Program-made: the position numbers and the translations under genes
Notes under the pieces: generated by a model
Seen by the model: the letters and a program-made list of their open reading frames with translations, nothing else
Databases searched by the model: none
What the model was told of the DNA's origin: nothing
Assembly: GCA_963826115.1 (NCBI GenBank)
Contig: CAWGVS010000002.1
Span: 96,001-160,000 of the forward strand
DNA length: 64,000 nt
Direction of reading: 5' to 3'
Origin: an uncultured Candidatus Rokubacteria bacterium
Lineage (GTDB): Bacteria > Methylomirabilota > Methylomirabilia > Rokubacteriales > DASRDR01
Shown: in pieces, positions 58,300 to 64,000 of the stretch
Layout: each line of letters opens with the position of its first letter
Numbering within the stretch: the first letter of the stretch is position 1

Positions 58300-61200
58300 A
58301 TGGATGCGCTGGCTGGCTTCCACCCCGCCATCCGCGCCTGGTTCGCGCGCCGGTTCCCGGCCGGCCCCACGGACCCCCAGGCCCTCGGCTGGCCGGCGAT
58401 CGCCGCCGGCGAGGACACCCTGATCGCCGCGCCGACCGGGTCGGGGAAGACGCTGGCGGCGTTCCTCGTCGGCATCGACCGGCTCCTCCGTGCGGCGACG
58501 GCCGAGCCCGGCGGCGAGCCGGTCACCGAGGTCGTCTACGTGTCGCCGCTGAAGGCGCTCGCGGTCGACATCCGCGAGAACCTGGAGCGCCCGCTGGCGG
58601 AGATCCGGGAGGTGGCGCGGGAGCTCGGGCTCACCCTCCCCGACCTCCGCGTCGTGGCCCGCACGGGGGACACCTCGCCGAGCGCGCGGGCGGCCATGCT
58701 CCGCCAGCCGCCGCACCTCCTCATCACGACGCCCGAGTCCCTCTACCTTCTCGTGACCGCGGCCCGGAGCCGGGAGCGCCTCCGCGGCGTGCGCACCGTG
58801 ATCGTCGACGAGATCCACGCGGTGGCGCGCGACAAGCGTGGCTCCCACCTCGCGCTCACCCTCGAGCGCCTGGACGCCCTCGCGAAGAGCCGGCCGCAGC
58901 GCATCGGGCTCTCGGCCACGCAGCGGCCGATCGAGACGATCGCGCGCCTCCTGGTCGGCGCCGGCGCGGACCGGACCGCGCCGGGCGGCGCGCCCGCGTG
59001 CCGCGTCGTGGACCTCGGCCACCGGCGCGACCTCGACCTCGCGATCGAGCTGCCGGACAGCGAGCTGGAGGCCGTCGCATCCCACGAGCAGTGGGGCGAG
59101 ATCCTGGACCGCATCGCGATGCACGTGCGGGCCCATCGCACGACGCTCGTCTTCGTGAACACGCGGCGGCTCGCCGAGCGCGTGGCGCATCTCCTGGGCG
59201 AGCGGCTCGGCGAGGGCCAGGTCGCCGCCCACCACGGAAGCCTGTCCAAGGACCGCCGGCTCCAGCTCGAGACGCGCCTCCGCGCGGGCGAGCTCGGCGC
59301 GCTGGTCGCGACCGCCTCCCTCGAGCTCGGCATCGACATCGGTCCGGTCGAGCTCGTGTGCCAGATCGGCTCCCCGCGGAGCATCGCCACGCTCCTCCAG
59401 CGGATCGGCCGCTCGGGCCACGCCCGCGGCGCGGTGGCGAAGGGCCGGCTCTACCCCACCACCCGCGACGAGCTGGTCGAGATGACGGCGCTGTTGCGCG
59501 CGGTCCGCGCGGGGCAGCTCGACCGGGTGCTCCCTCCGCGGGCGCCGCTCGACGTCCTCGCGCAGCAGATCGTGGCCGCGTGCGCGACGGACGCGTGGCC
59601 TGAGACGGAGCTCTTCGACCGCGTCCGGCGCGCGGCGCCCTACGCGGACCTCGCGCGCGCCGACTTCGACGCCGTCGTCGAGATGCTCTCGGACGGCATC
59701 CAGACCGGGCGCGGGCGCCGCGGAGCGTACCTCCACCGGGACCGCGTGCACGGCGTCCTGCGCGGCCGGCGGAGCGCGCGGCTTGCCGCCATCACGTCGG
59801 GCGGCGCCATCCCGGAAACCGCGGATTATCGCGTCGTCGCCGACCCGGACGACACCACGGTCGGCACCGTCAACGAGGATTGGGCGATCGAGAGCATGCA
59901 GGGGGACGTGTTCCTCCTGGGCAGCACGTCCTGGCGGATCCGGCGGGTCGAGGCGGGCGTCGTGCGCGTGGTGAATGCCGAGGGCGCGCCGCCGACCGTG
60001 CCCTTCTGGTTGGGCGAGGCCCCGGCGCGCACCGCGGAGGCCTCGCTGGCCGTGTCGGCGCTCCGCGAGGCCCTGGATGAGCGGCTCCACGCGGGCGACC
60101 TCGCCGCGGCGGCCGCGTGGCTCGCCCCCGAGGCGGGCATCGACGCGCGGGTCGCGACGGAGGTCGTCCGCTATCTCGGCGCCGCGCGCGGGGCCCTCGG
60201 CGTGCTCCCGACCCAGCGGCGCGTCGTCTTCGAGCGCTTCTTCGACGAGGCCGGCGGGATGCAGCTCGTCGTCCACGCGCCGTACGGGGGCCGGATCAAC
60301 CGGGCCCTCGGCCTCGCCCTCCGCAAGCGCTTCTGCCGGCGCTTCGACTTCGAGCTCCAGGCCGCGGCCAGCGACGACGCGGTCGTGCTGTCGCTCGGCC
60401 CGGGCCAGAGCTTCCCGCTCCCGGACGTGCCGCAGTTCCTGACCCCCGAGAACGCGGAGGAGGTGCTCGCGCAGGCGCTCCTCCTGTCGCCGATGTTCCA
60501 GGTGCGGTGGCGCTGGAACCTCGGCCGCGCCCTGATGGTGCTGCGGCAGCGCGGCGGGCGGCGGACGCCGCCGCCGATCCAGCGGATGGAGGCCGACGAC
60601 CTGATGGCCGCGGTCTTCCCCGCCCTCGCCGGGTGCCAGGAGAACGCCGGCGCCGGGCCGATCCCGATCCCTGACCACCCGATCGTGCGCCAGACGATGC
60701 ACGACTGCCTCCACGAGGCGACCGACGCGGACGGCCTCGTCCGCCTCTTCGAGGGCTTCCGGAGCGGCGCGGTCGAGCCGGTGTTCCGGGAGACGACCGA
60801 GCCCTCGCCGCTCGCGCACGAGATCCTCAACGGCCGGCCCTACACGTTCCTCGACGACGCACCCCTCGAGGAGCGGCGGACGCGCGCGGTCGCGCTCCGG
60901 CGGGGGCTCCCGGAGGCCGCGCGCGACTTGGGACAGCTCGACCCGGAGGCGATCGCCCGCGTGCGCGAGGAAGCGCGCCCCGATTGCCGCGACGCCGAGG
61001 AGCTCCACGACCTCCTCCTGGAGCTGGTGGTGCTCCGCCCCGAGCCCGCCTATGACGCCTGGTTCCGGGCGCTCGCCGACGCGGGGCGCGCCGCGCGTGT
61101 CCGCACCGCCGCGGGCCCGCTCTGGCTCGCCGCGGAGCAGCGGCCCCGCGTGGCCGCCCTGTTCCCCGGCGTGCCGATCGAGCCGGACGTCCGCGTGCCT

Positions 61201-62595
61201 GACGGGGTCGCGCCCGGCGGCGACGAGGAGGAGGCCCGGATCGCCGTGGTCCGGGGACACCTCGGGCACCTCGGGCCCACGACGGTGGCGGAGCTGGCGG
61301 CGCGGACCGGTCTCGCCGAGCGGGCCATCCCCGGCCCGCTCGCTCGCCTCGAGGCGGACGGCGTCGTGCTGCGGGGACGGTTCGACCCCGCGCGGTCCGG
61401 CGCCGAGGAGTTCTGCGAGCGGCGGCTTCTCGCACGGATCCACCGGTACACGACGGATCGCCTGCGGCGCGAGATCGAGCCCGTCACCGCCCAGGACCTC
61501 GTGCGCTTCCTCCTCCGGTGGCAACACGTCGCGCCGGACACGCAGCTCGAGGGCCGGCAGGGGCTCTTGACCGCGATCGAGCAGCTCCAGGGCTTCGAGA
61601 TCGCGGCCGGATCCTGGGAGACGTCGGTGCTGCCCGCGCGCGTCCGGGGTTATCGGCCCGAGTGGCTCGACGAGCTCTGCCTGTCGGGCCAGGTCGCGTG
61701 GGCGCGGCTGTCGGTCCGGAGCGCGACGCCGGGCGACGGGGCCGAGGCGCCAGGCCGCGGCGGCCTGACCCCGTCCCACGTGACGCCGGTCAGCTTCCTC
61801 GTGCGGGAGAACCTCCCGTGGCTCCTGCGCGCCGCGCGGGACGACGCGACGCCCGGCCTGCCCGGGCCGGGGCCGACCCACGACGTGCTGGAGTGCCTGC
61901 GGACGCGGGGCGCGCTCTTCTACCACGATCTCGTCCGGGCGACCGGACGGCTCAGCGTCGAGGTGACGGACGCGCTCTGGGACCTGGTCGCGCGGGGGCT
62001 CGTCACCGCCGACGGGTTCGGAAGCGTCCGCGCGCTCTTCAGCGCCCGCCAGCGATGGTCGCGCCGCGCCGCGCGGCCCGGTCCGGCCGAGCGGCTCCGG
62101 AAGAGCGGCGCGCGCGCGAGTGGCGGCGAGGGCCGGTGGGCCCTCGTGCCGGCGCCGCCGCCGCGAGCCGCGGTGGACGTGGAGACGCTGGCGGAAGCCG
62201 TCGCCGAGCAGCTCCTGGCCCGCTGGGGTGTCGTGTTCCGCGATCTCGTCGCGCGCGAGGCGCTCGCGGTGTCGTGGCGCGAGGTCCTGTGGGCGTTCCG
62301 GCGGCTCGAGGCGCGGGGCACGATCCGCGGCGGCCGCTTCGTCACGGGCTTCGTCGGCGAGCAGTACGCCCTGCCCGAGGCGGTCGAGGCGCTCCGCGAG
62401 ACGCGGCGCCGCGAGCGCGTCGGCGAGGTCGTCCGCGTGCCCGCGGTCGATCCGCTGAACCTGGTCGGCATCCTCACGCCGGGCCCGCGTGTCCCGGCCG
62501 TCCGCCGGAACGCGATCGTGTACCACGACGGCGCGCCAGTGCCGGCCGGCGGCGCCACGGCTCCCCGCCCCGCGGTCGGCGTCGGCCCCCGCTGA
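58300..62595 (+). CDS. lhr: Lhr-family SF2 helicase (long form)
   Basis: APTGSGKT, SPLKAL, TTPES, DEIH, LSAT, HHGS, SLELGID, QRIGRSGH; C-terminal RWGVVFRD...RGGRFV...DPLN domain. Confidence 0.92.
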   Translation: MDALAGFHPAIRAWFARRFPAGPTDPQALGWPAIAAGEDTLIAAPTGSGKTLAAFLVGIDRLLRAATAEPGGEPVTEVVYVSPLKALAVDIRENLERPLAEIREVARELGLTLPDLRVVARTGDTSPSARAAMLRQPPHLLITTPESLYLLVTAARSRERLRGVRTVIVDEIHAVARDKRGSHLALTLERLDALAKSRPQRIGLSATQRPIETIARLLVGAGADRTAPGGAPACRVVDLGHRRDLDLAIELPDSELEAVASHEQWGEILDRIAMHVRAHRTTLVFVNTRRLAERVAHLLGERLGEGQVAAHHGSLSKDRRLQLETRLRAGELGALVATASLELGIDIGPVELVCQIGSPRSIATLLQRIGRSGHARGAVAKGRLYPTTRDELVEMTALLRAVRAGQLDRVLPPRAPLDVLAQQIVAACATDAWPETELFDRVRRAAPYADLARADFDAVVEMLSDGIQTGRGRRGAYLHRDRVHGVLRGRRSARLAAITSGGAIPETADYRVVADPDDTTVGTVNEDWAIESMQGDVFLLGSTSWRIRRVEAGVVRVVNAEGAPPTVPFWLGEAPARTAEASLAVSALREALDERLHAGDLAAAAAWLAPEAGIDARVATEVVRYLGAARGALGVLPTQRRVVFERFFDEAGGMQLVVHAPYGGRINRALGLALRKRFCRRFDFELQAAASDDAVVLSLGPGQSFPLPDVPQFLTPENAEEVLAQALLLSPMFQVRWRWNLGRALMVLRQRGGRRTPPPIQRMEADDLMAAVFPALAGCQENAGAGPIPIPDHPIVRQTMHDCLHEATDADGLVRLFEGFRSGAVEPVFRETTEPSPLAHEILNGRPYTFLDDAPLEERRTRAVALRRGLPEAARDLGQLDPEAIARVREEARPDCRDAEELHDLLLELVVLRPEPAYDAWFRALADAGRAARVRTAAGPLWLAAEQRPRVAALFPGVPIEPDVRVPDGVAPGGDEEEARIAVVRGHLGHLGPTTVAELAARTGLAERAIPGPLARLEADGVVLRGRFDPARSGAEEFCERRLLARIHRYTTDRLRREIEPVTAQDLVRFLLRWQHVAPDTQLEGRQGLLTAIEQLQGFEIAAGSWETSVLPARVRGYRPEWLDELCLSGQVAWARLSVRSATPGDGAEAPGRGGLTPSHVTPVSFLVRENLPWLLRAARDDATPGLPGPGPTHDVLECLRTRGALFYHDLVRATGRLSVEVTDALWDLVARGLVTADGFGSVRALFSARQRWSRRAARPGPAERLRKSGARASGGEGRWALVPAPPPRAAVDVETLAEAVAEQLLARWGVVFRDLVAREALAVSWREVLWAFRRLEARGTIRGGRFVTGFVGEQYALPEAVEALRETRRRERVGEVVRVPAVDPLNLVGILTPGPRVPAVRRNAIVYHDGAPVPAGGATAPRPAVGVGPR

Positions 62596-62780
62596 CCCGC
62601 GCGGGCGCGCGCGGGACCGGCGCCATTTCCCCCACTCCTGCCGGTGCTCCCCCCGCTCGACGAGAGCCCCAGTTGGGTGATGAGGATGTAACTAGCTAAT
62701 TCAAATGTCTTTCTTCGCTGGTCTCTCGATTGCGCCTCCGTCCGGGCACACGCGGCACATGCCGACGGAGGAGGCGAGCG

Positions 62781-63239
62781 ATGCTTCAGGAGCGGGCGCG
62801 TCAACGAGGCTGGTGGCAGCCCATCCCCGCGGTTCTGACGGGGTGCTATCTGCTCGTGGCCGCGGGTTGCGGCTACGAAACCTCGCTCACCGGGCCGGAC
62901 GACCACAACCACATCGACGTCGACCCCTCCCTCTTCGAGCCCGGCGATCCGAATCGGGTGCGCGTGCGGTCGGCGCGGCTCCGCCGCACGCCCGGGGGGT
63001 GCGAGGTCGACGTCACCTTCACGAACGTTTCGGACCAGTCGCTCAGCGCGGGCTTTCGGTACGACATTCTCGATGCGGCGGGAGGCCGGGTCGCGCGGCG
63101 CGACACCGCGGTGCAGCTCGCCGCGCCCGGAACGACGCAGACGGTCTCGAGCGAGGGCACGACGGCCGGGCCGAGCGGCGTTCCCTGCCCGCGCGGCGGC
63201 CGGGCGAATCTCGTCGAGACCTCCGTGTTCAACTTCTGA
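62781..63239 (+). CDS. Hypothetical lipoprotein
   Basis: GGAGGAGG RBS; VAAGC lipobox; beta-sandwich-like body. Confidence 0.6.
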   Translation: MLQERARQRGWWQPIPAVLTGCYLLVAAGCGYETSLTGPDDHNHIDVDPSLFEPGDPNRVRVRSARLRRTPGGCEVDVTFTNVSDQSLSAGFRYDILDAAGGRVARRDTAVQLAAPGTTQTVSSEGTTAGPSGVPCPRGGRANLVETSVFNF

Positions 63240-63368
63240 CGGGCGGCGGTCTGGTCGTCCCCCGACCGCGCGGCTACACTCGTCGTCGACGGCGAGACCG
63301 TCGATCCGACGCTCCCGCGCGCGCCGCCGGAGGCGTCTCCTCAGGGCGCGCGTGACGAAGGAGGGCCC

Positions 63369-63617
63369 GTGCTCCAGCTCCGCCCCGGCTGCGAATGCTG
63401 CGATCGAGACCTGCCCCCGGCGTCGCCGGACGCGACGATCTGCTCGTTCGAGTGCACCTTCTGCCGGACGTGCGCCGACGGGCACCTCGGGGGCCGCTGC
63501 CCGAACTGCGGCGGCGAGCTCGTGCGGCGCCCGGTCCGCCCGGCCGACCGGCTCGAGCGCCACCCCGCGTCGACCGAGCGCGTGTTCAAGCCCGGCCGCT
63601 GCCGCCGCGTGGCGTAG
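63369..63617 (+). CDS. DUF1272 zinc-binding protein
   Basis: LRPGCECCDRDL, ICSFECTFC, CPNCGGEL. Confidence 0.88.
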   Translation: MLQLRPGCECCDRDLPPASPDATICSFECTFCRTCADGHLGGRCPNCGGELVRRPVRPADRLERHPASTERVFKPGRCRRVA

Positions 63618-63634
63618 CCGGCGAGGAGGCCCGC

Positions 63635-64000
63635 ATGACTGGCGACGTCAAGGTGATCAGCGGCACCGCCCATCCCGGGCTGGCCCAGGACGTGTGCCGG
63701 CACCTGGGCATCCCCGTGTGCCGCTCGACCGTGATCCGCTTCTCGAACGAGAACATGCTCGTCCAGATCGAGGAGAACGTCCGCGAGGCCGACGTGTTCG
63801 TCATACAGCCCTCGTGCCCGCCCGTCTCGGACGGCATCATGGAGCTCCTGATCACGATCGACGCGCTCCGACACGCCTCGGCCGGGCGGATCACCGCCGT
63901 CCTGCCCTACTTCCCGTACGCGCGCTCCGACAAGAAGGACCGGCCCCGGATCTCGATCACCGCGCGGCTCATGGCGGATCTCCTGCAGACCGCGGGGGCC
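63635..64000 (+). CDS. prs: Ribose-phosphate pyrophosphokinase, partial (runs off window)
   Basis: GAGGAGG RBS; ISGTAHPGLA, FSNEN, ENVRE, PYFPYARSDKK. Confidence 0.93.
   Translation, partial: MTGDVKVISGTAHPGLAQDVCRHLGIPVCRSTVIRFSNENMLVQIEENVREADVFVIQPSCPPVSDGIMELLITIDALRHASAGRITAVLPYFPYARSDKKDRPRISITARLMADLLQTAGA

Noticed and set aside
62640-62730. AT-rich stretch downstream of lhr as ncRNA or riboswitch
   Set aside because: No recognisable structure or family; most likely the promoter region of the lipoprotein gene

Overview
Very GC-rich, gene-dense bacterial chromosome segment. Gene content and style suggest Candidatus Rokubacteria/Methylomirabilota, which is an inference. About 55 CDS, mostly housekeeping or metabolic (fumarase, TAXI-TRAP, REC-EAL, comEA/comEC, mltG-plsC-argH-lipoprotein-dapA-dapB-folB-folK, ECF sigma/anti-sigma, Dpp-type ABC, barnase/barstar-like pair, HerA-like ATPase, ALA synthase, Lhr, prs), plus tRNA-Val(TAC), one IS and several gene remnants. 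No CRISPR array or rRNA seen. Best leads: (1) a hidden selenoprotein at 47655-48191, split by the ORF track at an in-frame UGA (D-U-G-S-C) followed by a SECIS-like hairpin; it resembles the GrdB/PrdB selenocysteine domain and is coupled to an uncharacterised 359-aa partner; (2) a stand-alone, divergent RNA polymerase alpha gene (probable second rpoA) outside the ribosomal operon; (3) a degenerate dCTP-deaminase operon with full sigma54/IHF/enhancer architecture; (4) a Shemin-pathway ALA synthase head-to-head with an ATP-grasp ligase; (5) ComEC lacking its nuclease metal ligands; (6) a 71-bp IS-end relic between 17-18-bp direct repeats. All calls come from reading motifs by eye; no searches were run.
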